From a virus: DNA of 64,000 bases. The stretch is from IMG/VR virus record IMGVR_UViG_3300021180_000008, positions 1 to 64,000 of that record; one strand, 5' to 3'. A model generated the notes under the pieces. That model did not search any database. It had not been told where the DNA came from and saw nothing but the letters and a program-made list of their open reading frames with translations. Shown here in pieces: positions 1 to 9,943 of the stretch; position 1 is the first letter of the stretch; each line of letters starts with the position of its first letter. The position numbers were made by a program, and so were the translations under genes.

Positions 1-913
1 GTTGTTTGAGACGATCTTGAGAAAGACCCCATGCATCAGCTTGTGCAATTTCTGCGGCAGTAAGAGCAAAGTCAGAGTTACCTGATTTCCTCGACCTAAT
101 TGTATTCGCTGAGGGGCGTGAAGAGCCGGAAACAGTTTGTTCTGGGGCTCGTGCTTGTGGTCTCGCAGGTTTTACGACAGGCGAATCACCTTCTGTCGAT
201 TCTCTACTCAATTCTACCTCATTTTCTGTATTAACACCAAACACTTCGGGAAATCTTTTTGACAAACGTTTGGTAAGCTCATCATAAAACTCGTCAGATT
301 CAGCATCCATTCCCTGCCTAAGCAACTGATTATTAATCGTAATTGCAGAATTGTGGAACAGTTCATCTGTATTAAACTCTGGGTGCTCTTCAATCCAGAC
401 CTGGGCAGCAGCTGGGATAGTCTGACGCTCTGCTTGTCTGGGTGATTCGGCCTGAACCGGAGCGGGCTTGGACACTTCTTGAGCAAGCTTTGAAAGCTGA
501 AGCTTAACATCAAACAATGCTTCTTGACATTGAACGACACGCTCAGCATCACCATTCTTGATAGCTTCCATCATTTCTCGGCTAAGTACTTGATATTGGT
601 TCTCTAGAGCTGATTTAAGAGTGGTCGTTTGAGCCTGATTGCCTTCTGCCAGCTTCTTACGCAAGTCTTCAATTTCCTTTTCCCTTGCTGCAAGTTGATC
701 AGCATAGGTATCACGTTGATTGACTAGCTGCTTTATACGATCCTTGGCTCGGTTCTTTCGCTTCTGTTCCCTAGCCACATCATCTGCGTTAGGCTGGGTA
801 TTTTGCAGCGTATCTCCATCTTGAAGTGCCAGATCGCTGTCTTCATGCCTAGTAGCCGGTTGTTCATCATCATCACCAAATACCGTTTTAATTTCTTTAT
901 ATTCGCCAGTCAT
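1..913 (-). CDS. Putative capsid scaffolding protein (partial, runs off window start)
   Basis: ATG at 913 overlaps the GroES stop; frame read by hand is open to the edge (MTGEYKEIK...coiled-coil...WIEEHPEFN...LTAAEIAQADAWG); position after portal/GroES. Confidence 0.7.
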   Translation of the reverse strand, partial: MTGEYKEIKTVFGDDDEQPATRHEDSDLALQDGDTLQNTQPNADDVAREQKRKNRAKDRIKQLVNQRDTYADQLAAREKEIEDLRKKLAEGNQAQTTTLKSALENQYQVLSREMMEAIKNGDAERVVQCQEALFDVKLQLSKLAQEVSKPAPVQAESPRQAERQTIPAAAQVWIEEHPEFNTDELFHNSAITINNQLLRQGMDAESDEFYDELTKRLSKRFPEVFGVNTENEVELSRESTEGDSPVVKPARPQARAPEQTVSGSSRPSANTIRSRKSGNSDFALTAAEIAQADAWGLSQDRLKQ

Positions 914-1410
914 TATTTAGTTTCCTTATAAATTGTATTGTACTTTTTGAGATCAGCCTCTGGGATAACCAAGTGGTAGCCGTGCTCTGGGTCTTCAAAG
1001 ACCTGAGGATCAGGGAGGCGTTCGTTAACTTCATCGTCATTCAGAAGAACGAATGAGACATCTTTAAACTTACGACGCGCGCCAGTATTCTTAGGATAAG
1101 AGACAAAGTCGCCTACCTTAACCCAATCAAATTGCTCACCTTCTTTATTGAAGTGCTCTTTACGGTTCCAGGCACAAGGGCCTACAGCTACGACACGACC
1201 TACGTTAGTAACGAAGTTCATGTGATCTACATCGCTCTCGGGTAGAATCAGCTTAGACTTAGAAGTATAGTCTACGGGATAAGGACGGATGAGTACATGC
1301 CAGCCAAGTGGAATTGGCAGATTAGGTGGATCTGGAATATCAGGAGAAGTAATCCAGGCATTTTGATCCATTTTACGGGTTGCCTGATAAGTAGAGTTTA
1401 GTCTGGACAT
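913..1410 (-). CDS. groES: Co-chaperonin GroES-like protein
   Basis: PLGWHVLIRP, LILPE, GRVVAVGP, VKVGDFV, LLNDDEV match the Cpn10 pattern. Confidence 0.85.
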   Translation of the reverse strand: MSRLNSTYQATRKMDQNAWITSPDIPDPPNLPIPLGWHVLIRPYPVDYTSKSKLILPESDVDHMNFVTNVGRVVAVGPCAWNRKEHFNKEGEQFDWVKVGDFVSYPKNTGARRKFKDVSFVLLNDDEVNERLPDPQVFEDPEHGYHLVIPEADLKKYNTIYKETK

Positions 1411-1420
1411 TGCGGTTTCC

Positions 1421-1618
1421 TTACCGTGGGAAGAACTTGGATAAGAGGTCCTTCATTTTCTCTTTGCACTCTCGCAGTGCGGCGATTTGTCCTAGGGTTC
1501 TGTGATATTCTTCCACTTCCAATGGATAAGTGGATATCTTTTCTTCTAGGACTTTCAGATCCCTGTCGAACTCATTAAAGATCTCAACAGAGAAAATCTC
1601 TTCAACTGATTTAATCAT
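1421..1618 (-). CDS. Small conserved head-cluster protein
   Basis: EYHRTLGQIAAL motif; small gene between portal and GroES. Confidence 0.55.
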   Translation of the reverse strand: MIKSVEEIFSVEIFNEFDRDLKVLEEKISTYPLEVEEYHRTLGQIAALRECKEKMKDLLSKFFPR

Positions 1619-1624
1619 GCTATA

Positions 1625-1653
1625 AGTCTAACAGACTTGTAACAAAATGTCAA
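1625..1653 (-). promoter_or_regulatory. Sigma70-like promoter TTGACA-17-TAGACT
   Basis: Perfect -35 overlapping the portal stop, 17-bp spacer. Confidence 0.6.
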
Positions 1654-4262
1654 TCAGTTTGTGACGGTGGCTCAGGAGGCGGTTCTAACGAGGCCTGATG
1701 TGCGGCATTTTGACGGTCAAGGACGGCTTGATGCTCATTATTTGCACGTTCAAGCTGGGCTTTTTGCATATTGTCGGACTGGTTTTGTCTTCCTTGGATA
1801 TGCTGCGAATTCTGTTGAATAAGAGCGTCAAGTCCTTTAGTAGCCACAATCTGGTCAAGTTTACTACTCCTGTCTTTATCTTTATTATGTTCATCCTTAG
1901 TGATCCTAAGATGGTCAAGGGCCAACTTACCAGCTTTGAGTTTAAGCTCACTGTCTTTATAGTGGTCTTCCTTAATCGCCTTATGAGCACGTATCTTAAC
2001 TTCATCTGCTCGGGCTTGAGCAGTAACTAGAGCTGCTTGGTCTCGGGCAGGCGAAACTGACGATTGCTGGGCGACCTGCTGTTGAAGATTCTTTTGGTTG
2101 AGTTGAGCAACCTGTTGCGCTGCTTGCGCCATTGCCTGATCTTGTTGAGCTTGTGCAGCTTGAGGGTCTGTGGGTCCACTTTGTTGCTGTTGTCCTTGCT
2201 GGGGTTGTTGTTGCTGTCCTGAGAGTTGTAGCTGAGCCATAACCTGTTCTTTAAATTGAAGAACCATATGCTCTTGAACATTCGCTTGTACTTGCATAGC
2301 CACCTTCTGCATCATAGGACTAGCACCTGAAGACGGGTCTTGCAAGAAGGCTTGTTTCAAAGCGATATGTGACTTATGATCCTGGCCTGGGAAAGCTTGA
2401 ATAGGCTTGCCTTGCTGAGCCATAAGGATATCAGACATAGGATCTTGAGGCTGGGCTTGTTGAGGGGGTGGCATGATCTTATCCACATTCTCAAAGTCCA
2501 TAGCTACATAGAATTGACGATAGATCTCTCTCATATCGTGCAGTTGAGGAGCTTGTTGTGCTGCTTGCATGATCGTCTGAGCTTTGGTCATACGATGTGC
2601 ATTAGAAGAGATATTAGGGTCTGATACTGGAATGATAGCTACAATCGGACCATAATCAGCACGAGAGATATTCATCGACTCGCCCTGAATATTGTATTCA
2701 ATATCATCACCTAAGGTTTCAGAGTTAATCTCTGCAATTTGACGGAGTTCGTGTTTTAGGGCAGCGTGAAGTCGCTTGTGTATAGCTGAGAAGAATTTCG
2801 TAGAGGCGTCGAGTAGTGCCATTGTAGTCCCAACAGGACCGTAATTAACACTGTCAGCAATAACAGACTCAGTGCTGTCTGCAAACTTTTGACCAGCTGC
2901 CTGAATAAATTGCAGCATTTCGAATAGAACATTAGAAGGTTCCTTAAATGGCAAAGGCATAATGGCCTTATTGACGTCTTGGACCATAGCTTCCAGTTCT
3001 TTAAATTGACCTGGGGAGATAGGTGATCCATCATCAACAATCCTAGTACCCTTTAGTTTGAACCCGCCTTGGAGGTTAGCAAATTGCCCAGCATCCACAA
3101 GAGACCGCATAGCAGAAGTAAGGGTAAGCTGAAGATTACCAAGAAGATGTAAGAAACCAAAGCCATAAAAACCAAAAGACGGGACAAGTTGGTAGTGAGA
3201 GAATGGGAGCCTTTTTTGACGAGCCGGATCATTCGGCTTCCAATTACGACGTAAACCGATAACGCTTTTAGTAGCATTATCCACTGTGACAATATAAGGC
3301 GATGCAAGAGCGTACTCTTCTTTTCCTTCACGTTCATCCAACCCCTCTATATGCAGCATAACATGTTGTTCTAAAAGAGTATAGACTTTGTCTCTCTCAT
3401 TCAGACCAGTCTTGGTACCCATAAGTTCTTGGGTCTTCTTTTGGACTGGTGTCTCACGAGGAGACTGAGCAATGCCCCAACCACGTTCAGGTTTCTTGTA
3501 GAAGCCAGAGGCAAAACATTCTTCAATCTCGTATTCAGTCTTGTAGAGAACGTGGGTATAACGATCAGCCCTAAATAGGTCAGGAGCTGAATTAGGAACA
3601 ACGAATTGGTCAGCCGGAATGAACTCTGAGCAAGGACGCTTAAGTTCTTTGTTGTAGTAAGTCTTCTTAAAACCAGAACCTACAAGCGCTACATAAAGCA
3701 GCATACGCTCAGCATCAGGGTAGAACTCAGTCATCTCTTCCAAGATCTGGTAGTTCATGTGAGCCTTAACCCGATTAGCTTGCTCTTCCTTCTCAATGGT
3801 AGCATCGCCCTTAACAAAGGTCTTTACTGGACCGTTGGCTGGAAGAAGTTCATTGGAAGCTTTAGATTGAAACTTGACAGCTGCTTCCATAAGCAGTGGG
3901 TGCTGAGCCGAGCAAGCCCCTTCAAAAGGAGTGGAGCGTTCTTCGAGCTTAACGCCGGTAAGGTTAAGACCAAGTTCCGTAGTACGCATCCAGTCTGATC
4001 TAGAGCGCTCATCTGATTCGAAAGCATCAGAAGTACGAAAGCCTAACTCATAGAGCTGGTCATCTTCAAGGTCATCTACCAGATTACGGTAGTGATCCTG
4101 TTCTTCATCAGAACCTACCTGCTCATCTGGTTCAGCATCAAATGCCAGCTCACCATCGTCGGAAATAGTGGTTCGTCTGGAATTACGTTTATTAATAACA
4201 TAGCTCTCCTTGTCAAGCGAGGCTAAACCACTAACAGAAGATTTTGATTTTTTACGTGCCAT
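1650..4262 (-). CDS. Portal protein with Gln-rich C-terminal extension
   Basis: PFEGAC..HPLLMEAAVKFQ, GSGFKKTYY, GFYGFG, LVDAGQFANLQGG; directly downstream of TerL. Confidence 0.9.
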   Translation of the reverse strand: MARKKSKSSVSGLASLDKESYVINKRNSRRTTISDDGELAFDAEPDEQVGSDEEQDHYRNLVDDLEDDQLYELGFRTSDAFESDERSRSDWMRTTELGLNLTGVKLEERSTPFEGACSAQHPLLMEAAVKFQSKASNELLPANGPVKTFVKGDATIEKEEQANRVKAHMNYQILEEMTEFYPDAERMLLYVALVGSGFKKTYYNKELKRPCSEFIPADQFVVPNSAPDLFRADRYTHVLYKTEYEIEECFASGFYKKPERGWGIAQSPRETPVQKKTQELMGTKTGLNERDKVYTLLEQHVMLHIEGLDEREGKEEYALASPYIVTVDNATKSVIGLRRNWKPNDPARQKRLPFSHYQLVPSFGFYGFGFLHLLGNLQLTLTSAMRSLVDAGQFANLQGGFKLKGTRIVDDGSPISPGQFKELEAMVQDVNKAIMPLPFKEPSNVLFEMLQFIQAAGQKFADSTESVIADSVNYGPVGTTMALLDASTKFFSAIHKRLHAALKHELRQIAEINSETLGDDIEYNIQGESMNISRADYGPIVAIIPVSDPNISSNAHRMTKAQTIMQAAQQAPQLHDMREIYRQFYVAMDFENVDKIMPPPQQAQPQDPMSDILMAQQGKPIQAFPGQDHKSHIALKQAFLQDPSSGASPMMQKVAMQVQANVQEHMVLQFKEQVMAQLQLSGQQQQPQQGQQQQSGPTDPQAAQAQQDQAMAQAAQQVAQLNQKNLQQQVAQQSSVSPARDQAALVTAQARADEVKIRAHKAIKEDHYKDSELKLKAGKLALDHLRITKDEHNKDKDRSSKLDQIVATKGLDALIQQNSQHIQGRQNQSDNMQKAQLERANNEHQAVLDRQNAAHQASLEPPPEPPSQTD

Positions 4263-4268
4263 TCTAAT

Positions 4269-4297
4269 ATGATACCATAGTTAATAGGAAGATGCAA
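4269..4297 (-). promoter_or_regulatory. Sigma70-like promoter TTGCAT-17-TATCAT (extended -10)
   Basis: Intergenic, upstream of portal. Confidence 0.45.
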
Positions 4298-5878
4298 CTA
4301 AATCTGTGCAGGCATAGCAGCAGCCCAATAAGTCTTAGGCCTACGGCTCTTGATGATGTCTTCATCCCAACGATTAGAATATCCATCATTATCAATCTTA
4401 AACTGGTCTCTCATCCAGAGTATTGCCTGAGAAACTGTGTCAGTGTAGTCATCTCGTTGGTTCTTAAGTCTAGGGTTAAAGGAACAGACCTCCTCCATGA
4501 CTTCTTCCGCCCAACGCTTTCCAGAAGGCACCCATATGCGGCTAGATTGAAAGTAAGGGGTAGTGGCCTGTAATCTAAAGGTTTTGTCATGCTCCGGCTT
4601 GTATGCTATGATTGGTAACGAACGCTTTCTAAGTTCAGGGATAAGCGATTGACCAGAAGCCTTATCTTCCACAATAAAGAACTCTGGGGTGTATTTGTTA
4701 TTAAGCTCTTGTGCTCTGGTACAAAGTTCAGCAAAGTCAAATCTACCTTTACCAGCACTGAGCATAATCAGACAATCCTGAGCAATATCAAGATTATCAA
4801 AGGTCTTCGTAATATGGGTAAATACCCCCCATACCGTAAAGGCTGTATAGTCTGATGTCTCTTTAGAAGAGAAGGCAGTATCCATGGAGACTACGATGTA
4901 CCTACACTTAGGAGGTTTAGGATCATCCCATATCTGCCAATGAGTTCGTTTAATTATCCCGCCTTCCTCAGAGACAGGGGACTGCATATAAAGGGCATTC
5001 CACTCAGAGGGAGGGGTTGTCTGCTTAATCTCCAGGAGTTTCTCAGTAGGCCATAGCTCAGGCCAGAATGAGGTATTCTCTTTGAACCTAGGGTCGGTAG
5101 CAGGTACTTCTTTCCTAAGCATCTCAGAAGCTTTGTGATCCAGAAGGGCTGGGAAGCTAACCACATCCCAGGGTCTAGGGGAGTTGATGTCTACGTTCAT
5201 CATAAAGCCAGATATATCTTCTACGAACCATCTGGTATTGATAATGATCTCAGCTCCTCTGGGCAGTAGACGAGTTCTTAACCCCTTACGATACCAGGAG
5301 TTAATCTTCTGACGGTCTGAGTCTGAGGTCTGCTCAGTGATAACATCATCCACGATAGAGATGTGAGCCCTACGACCCGCAATCCCTTGTCCTGCCCCCT
5401 TAGCCACGAACCTACCCTTCTTGGTGGTATCCCATCTACCAGCAGACTGAACATCCCTCTTAAGGACGGTATAAGGGAATATGGATTGGTATTGAGGAGA
5501 ATCGATAAGATCCTTAGTCGGTCTGCCAAAGTTGTCTACGGCAAACTCAAAGTCTGATCCTATGGCCAAGAAGCACCAGTTAGGATGTCTACCTAAGCAC
5601 CAGGCAGGGAACAGGTTACTAGCTACCTTAGACTTCATAGAGCCTGGGGGTAGGTGGATCTGCAGTCTCTTAGGTAGAAGGTCTGGATTCTCTACGCTAT
5701 GAACTACCTCTTGTAGCTTTCGACACATGATGGAGATATGGACACCATCTATGAAAGCTTCAGGCAGGACTGTAGGGGCCATTAATTGGACGAAGGTATA
5801 GAAATCAGTCCTAGCCTTAATGATTAGGGCTTGGAGTAGTTCTGTTTCTAGTTTATCTATTTCACTGGATAGGGTCAT
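4298..5878 (-). CDS. terL: Terminase large subunit
   Basis: LPPGSMKS Walker A variant, GIAGRRAHISIVDD Walker B, TRW, WNALYMQSP, nuclease motifs SMDTA, VEDKASG, DDYTD. Confidence 0.95.
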   Translation of the reverse strand: MTLSSEIDKLETELLQALIIKARTDFYTFVQLMAPTVLPEAFIDGVHISIMCRKLQEVVHSVENPDLLPKRLQIHLPPGSMKSKVASNLFPAWCLGRHPNWCFLAIGSDFEFAVDNFGRPTKDLIDSPQYQSIFPYTVLKRDVQSAGRWDTTKKGRFVAKGAGQGIAGRRAHISIVDDVITEQTSDSDRQKINSWYRKGLRTRLLPRGAEIIINTRWFVEDISGFMMNVDINSPRPWDVVSFPALLDHKASEMLRKEVPATDPRFKENTSFWPELWPTEKLLEIKQTTPPSEWNALYMQSPVSEEGGIIKRTHWQIWDDPKPPKCRYIVVSMDTAFSSKETSDYTAFTVWGVFTHITKTFDNLDIAQDCLIMLSAGKGRFDFAELCTRAQELNNKYTPEFFIVEDKASGQSLIPELRKRSLPIIAYKPEHDKTFRLQATTPYFQSSRIWVPSGKRWAEEVMEEVCSFNPRLKNQRDDYTDTVSQAILWMRDQFKIDNDGYSNRWDEDIIKSRRPKTYWAAAMPAQI

Positions 5879-5988
5879 ATAAGCTATTAGAGAGGTTTCT
5901 AGAGGGGTCTGGGTACTTGGTCGCTACTAGGGTAGCTCCCATTACTAGAATGCATATACGTTGATCTAATGGCTCTGTATAAAAGTTC

Positions 5989-6018
5989 TTGCAATCTAGG
6001 TAGCGAATCGGATATAAT
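5989..6018 (+). promoter_or_regulatory. Sigma70-like promoter TTGCAA-18-TATAAT, antisense to terS
   Basis: Near-consensus hexamers in the terL-terS intergenic region. Confidence 0.45.
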
Positions 6019-6105
6019 GGGGGTCGGGGGCATTTATACTAGTATATAAGAATTGTTAATAAGAAGTTTATAAACACTTAGCAAAGGTAATAATCTTACA
6101 ATAGT

Positions 6106-6621
6106 TTAAGTCTTATTGATATCTTTTAACATAGCTTGTAACTTAAGAATTCTCTCATCAGTCTTAGATCCTTCAGCATCTTCTTTAAAAGCATTAGCTA
6201 TATCCCTCTGACCTTCTAAAGCTTCTTTCTTATTCAGTCCTTTTACAGAGCTACCAAAGATACCGATGGTTGTACCCATTAGTTCTACAGCTTTATTAGC
6301 CTCAGACAGCTTATCTATATCCATTGCTTTCTCATAAATAGCCCTAAGCTTCTGGATTATCTCTACTTCATCTATACAAGCAATCTTAGCTTTCTCTTGC
6401 TGAAGCCATAAGATGTATTCTTTAGAACCAGCCATGTTCTCGGTCTGGTATCCCACACGATTAGCTGCTGAACCTTCAGATTCACTACCAGCCTTGATAG
6501 CTGCTGTACCTTGCTTATGACCATTGGCTCTGTATTCACAGTATTTCCTTTGGAAGGGGGTCATATTAGAGACTGTAGTCTCAAGATCAGGTGGCATAGT
6601 AGACATTATAGCCATAAACAC
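6106..6621 (-). CDS. terS: Terminase small subunit
   Basis: MTPFQRKYCEY..G..AAIKAG HTH-like N-terminus, KAVELMG; upstream of TerL; true start may be 6606. Confidence 0.75.
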   Translation of the reverse strand: MFMAIMSTMPPDLETTVSNMTPFQRKYCEYRANGHKQGTAAIKAGSESEGSAANRVGYQTENMAGSKEYILWLQQEKAKIACIDEVEIIQKLRAIYEKAMDIDKLSEANKAVELMGTTIGIFGSSVKGLNKKEALEGQRDIANAFKEDAEGSKTDERILKLQAMLKDINKT

Positions 6622-6877
6622 TCCAGCATAGGTAATAATATTACAAATATACCCTATTATAGCACAGATATGTACTCTACATGTACTGTTTATGTATCAA
6701 TTATGTATTATCAGGTACTCCGAATACATAATACATATAAAAAATATAATGAAAACAAGGTTAAAGTACTTTTCAAGAATACATAATACGCAATTATTTC
6801 CTAATTGCCCGAAAATATATTACATTTGGTGTAAGTGCTGATACTGATTTCTGAAGTTATGGAAATTCTCCCCTCCC

Positions 6878-7175
6878 CTTATGACAAATGTCGTATTCTG
6901 TAAATCCAATTCACGTAAGTAATAACCAGAATTCTCTTAGACATAACCGTTAACGAAAATTAACCTTTATTAATTTATTATTAAAACTAATATTATGACT
7001 AATGTATGATTAATATGTAAATGTATTATGACTTCTGGTACGATTGCCCATAATAAGTCTATGAAAGCATTATGGAATTGTATTATGACCGTGAATAGTT
7101 ATGTGAATAGTGTGTGAGTTATGTATAAGTGAGACCCTTATGACAACTATACGCCCAACCTACACTATGACAATA
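6878..7175 (+). repeat. Iterated short (T/C)TATGAC repeats in AT-rich divergent region; probable genome-end region
   Basis: cttatgacaa (~6878, ~7137), tattatgact (~6991, ~7024), tattatgacc (~7081), ctatgacaa (~7165) between divergent terS and early genes. Confidence 0.5.
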
Positions 7176-7343
7176 GGCTATGGAAAGCAGTTATGGAAGA
7201 ATACATAAGGGTGGTACTATAATACCACATACTAGAACGAATCGTGAACAGATAGAGAAAGAATCAGGAACTAATACAGAACGAATCAAGACCGACCATA
7301 ACATGGTTTATAACCCCTTGATAACAAAGAAGAAAACAGCCTA

Positions 7344-7371
7344 TTGCAATCTAATACCAGGGTGCTATCCT
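7344..7371 (+). promoter_or_regulatory. Early sigma70-like promoter TTGCAA-16-TATCCT (extended -10 TG)
   Basis: Immediately upstream of the first structured leader and early genes. Confidence 0.5.
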
Positions 7372-7395
7372 TAGATCATGGGACGAACAAACCAA

Positions 7396-7615
7396 TTGCC
7401 ATCGTCCCTTATGTCAAGGCTCAAGGCGAGTCAGGTATAGGCGTGTTATGTAAACTGGTTAAAGTCCGGTTTTACAGGATAGGATAGCTATGTATATAAC
7501 ATAACATCCTAGCTTCGAGGCTCCATGTAAATGGGGTGCGGAGTACCCATAACATGGCTAGATACTGACTCCATAATAGGCTGGAATGAGTCTTTGACAT
7601 AAGAGATGATGGCAA
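7396..7615 (+). ncRNA. Candidate structured RNA / early leader with ~28-bp closing stem
   Basis: 7396-7423 pairs with 7587-7615 (G-U tolerant); nested helices gagtcag/ctgactc, gtgttatg/cataacat, gtaaactgg/ccggttttac. Confidence 0.6.
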
Positions 7616-7657
7616 CATGGGAATTCCCATAACGCAATTAGTCATAATTGCCCAACA

Positions 7658-7957
7658 ATGGAGATTCGAATTATGGATAATCCCTTTAAACAGGCATTAT
7701 TTAACGTATATCATGAGGCTGACAAGGTTAAACGCCATGTCATAAAGCGTAAGACTAGCAAAAAACGCCGTATTATTGAAAATACGAATACTGAGCTTGC
7801 GAATCGTAAAGCCGCTATTATGGCCTCTTATGAAAAGTCTAAGCGTATGCAAGCCGATTATGCCAAGTTTCAAACAAGGCGTATTCATAATACGGTAAAT
7901 CGGATACTCCCTGAGAATAAAGCTTATGACAATGATGGAGTCCGTTATGTCAAGTAA
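7658..7957 (+). CDS. Early hypothetical protein (basic)
   Basis: ORF with GGAG SD before Met 7673. Confidence 0.55.
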   Translation: MEIRIMDNPFKQALFNVYHEADKVKRHVIKRKTSKKRRIIENTNTELANRKAAIMASYEKSKRMQADYAKFQTRRIHNTVNRILPENKAYDNDGVRYVK

Positions 7958-8315
7958 CAAAGGCGCGTTTATAGCTAATGCCGCGAGCTTAGAGGCTAAG
8001 TTATGGAAACGTAAAATGGGGTTAGTCCCAGATACTATGGTTAATGGTCAGAAAGCCAAGGCCGTATGGGAAACTAAGTTTTATGACAAGAATGGTATGG
8101 TGAAAACCCGTAACAAGCATACTAACCCTAGCGAAGCGCCATTTGCAGGCATTTCAACCAAAGGCATAGCCAATAACAAGAAGATATGGAAAGAGCCTAA
8201 AAAGGTATTCCAGAAACTTGTTAAGGTCAAGCCTGCTACTATGGCAAAGGGTGAACCTGAGCGTTACCGTAAAGTAGTCGATAATTACCATATTACTAAT
8301 AAGGATACACTATGA
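7926..8315 (+). CDS. Early hypothetical protein (Lys-rich)
   Basis: ORF overlapping the previous gene; GGAG SD before MSSNK. Confidence 0.55.
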   Translation: MTMMESVMSSNKGAFIANAASLEAKLWKRKMGLVPDTMVNGQKAKAVWETKFYDKNGMVKTRNKHTNPSEAPFAGISTKGIANNKKIWKEPKKVFQKLVKVKPATMAKGEPERYRKVVDNYHITNKDTL

Positions 8316-8396
8316 CAAGAATAATCAGGCATTTACATACTGCGTGGCTTGACATAAAATACCTATGCCGCAATCAGGTTATGATATGGAAGGAAT

Positions 8397-8642
8397 ATGA
8401 CAATGGCTTGCACGCTGATTGAAAGACAACCAATCAAGTTTAAACATAAAGCTATGGTAAAGGTTAAGCCTCGCTATGCTACAGGCTATAAGCGTCAATC
8501 GTTATCCACCTGTTATGTTTCTTCTTATAGCAAACATGGGCGTGGAATAATCTTACATCAATCTGACAAGTATTCAAAGGAATTGAAGGCTGAAATACGC
8601 CGACAATATGGCAAATCATCAGCCATTCATAATGATGATTAA
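8397..8642 (+). CDS. Early hypothetical protein
   Basis: ORF with GGAAGG SD. Confidence 0.45.
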   Translation: MTMACTLIERQPIKFKHKAMVKVKPRYATGYKRQSLSTCYVSSYSKHGRGIILHQSDKYSKELKAEIRRQYGKSSAIHNDD

Positions 8643-8692
8643 TCACGAACATGCTGTCAAAGGCTGTTCTAATATGAAAAGGACTAAACATT

Positions 8693-9337
8693 ATGGCTAA
8701 CACGAAAGCAACTACCGTTACCACGCCTGAACTGTCATTCTCACAATCTGACAACGTGACTTTGACTGAGCTTATGGTAAGGCTGCGCGATGAACGCAAA
8801 GAGCTTGTTAATCTGACAAGTGAAGTCGCATGGTTGGCACTGAAACATTACCATAACTCAAACAATCCGGAAAAGATTCAGCAGGTTTATGAAATTCTTG
8901 CTGAAGACAAACACTTTAACCGGAAAGCTGCGTTTGTTATGTGGGCAAAGGCATTTTCAAGGGTTAGCTTCTCTGACTCTGGAAAGAAATTTGCTTTCAT
9001 TCCCTTGTCACAAGAAACGGCAAAGAATCAAAACTACCGTGATAATCCGGAAATTGGTTCTGACTTGCTGGTACGTGCTAAGCAAACCCCTTGGCACCAG
9101 ATTGAGGGACTTGCCGAAGACAAGACAGAACCTACTGAGTTTGACAGAATCTATAATTTCTGCAAGACTCGTGTAGCGGCTATCCAAAAGAAGATTGCTA
9201 AAGGTGAAATGGTAGAGAATAAGGAAATTAAGGAATCAGTAGCTATGCTTACTGACCTTGAGGCGCTTGTAGCTCCATTGACAACCAAGCCTGAGACTGT
9301 CACTACAGACTCTAAGAAAGACTTGAAAGCCGCTTAA
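8693..9337 (+). CDS. Early hypothetical protein
   Basis: 214-aa ORF, AAGGA SD, followed by a terminator. Confidence 0.7.
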   Translation: MANTKATTVTTPELSFSQSDNVTLTELMVRLRDERKELVNLTSEVAWLALKHYHNSNNPEKIQQVYEILAEDKHFNRKAAFVMWAKAFSRVSFSDSGKKFAFIPLSQETAKNQNYRDNPEIGSDLLVRAKQTPWHQIEGLAEDKTEPTEFDRIYNFCKTRVAAIQKKIAKGEMVENKEIKESVAMLTDLEALVAPLTTKPETVTTDSKKDLKAA

Positions 9338-9361
9338 CATATAGCAGCTTACCATAATAAT

Positions 9362-9405
9362 AAACCCTAGGTGACTCTGTAAAAAGAGTTGTCTAGGGTT
9401 TTATT
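9362..9405 (+). terminator. Intrinsic terminator (possibly bidirectional)
   Basis: aaaccctag...ctagggttt stem followed by T-rich tail. Confidence 0.7.
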
Positions 9406-9628
9406 ATGTCTACTTCCCAGACAGGACTACTATCATCGTTACGTTGCGCTGCCCCCGTTGAGTATTGTAATGTAGACATAAGCCTGTTTAACAACATTAG
9501 AAGTGTCGTGTTGCTAAACCCTCAACTTATGTCTACTTTAGAGTCCTCACTAGCATTGATAAGGTTAAGCTAGTTCTATATCAATAGGGTATTTATCAAT
9601 GGGGTTATTCCTAATGGAGTAACATTCT

Positions 9629-9943
9629 ATGACTAGATACATCGCCTCTACACTATTCAAAGACAAAGATGGGCTTATTATGCCCTTCCTATTCAAATAT
9701 GACTCTGGTAAAGAGTGGCCGGAAGAATCATTCGAACGTGTTAAACGCTACATAGAAGATAAGAAAGATGTTATCTATTATGCGGGTAGGCCATACGCTT
9801 GCTATACCGATCCTTTCTATTCTAATGCATGGCCTAATATAGATGATGACTACTCATTCTTATTTAGATCAGACAAAAGAAAGGAAACTAACTATGTCAA
9901 CAACAGACCAACACAGCCAATCCACAATCACAGCACCAGATAA
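9629..9943 (+). CDS. Hypothetical protein
   Basis: ORF with GGAG SD. Confidence 0.5.
   Translation: MTRYIASTLFKDKDGLIMPFLFKYDSGKEWPEESFERVKRYIEDKKDVIYYAGRPYACYTDPFYSNAWPNIDDDYSFLFRSDKRKETNYVNNRPTQPIHNHSTR

Noticed and set aside
214-3998. Alternative-frame and antisense track ORFs overlapping scaffold and portal (and similar shadows elsewhere, e.g. 35918..36595, 20755..21363)
   Set aside because: They overlap well-supported genes, lack SD and recognisable motifs, and look like codon-bias shadows
7180-7374. 64-aa ORF in the terminal region
   Set aside because: Lies upstream of the first promoter in repetitive sequence with no SD
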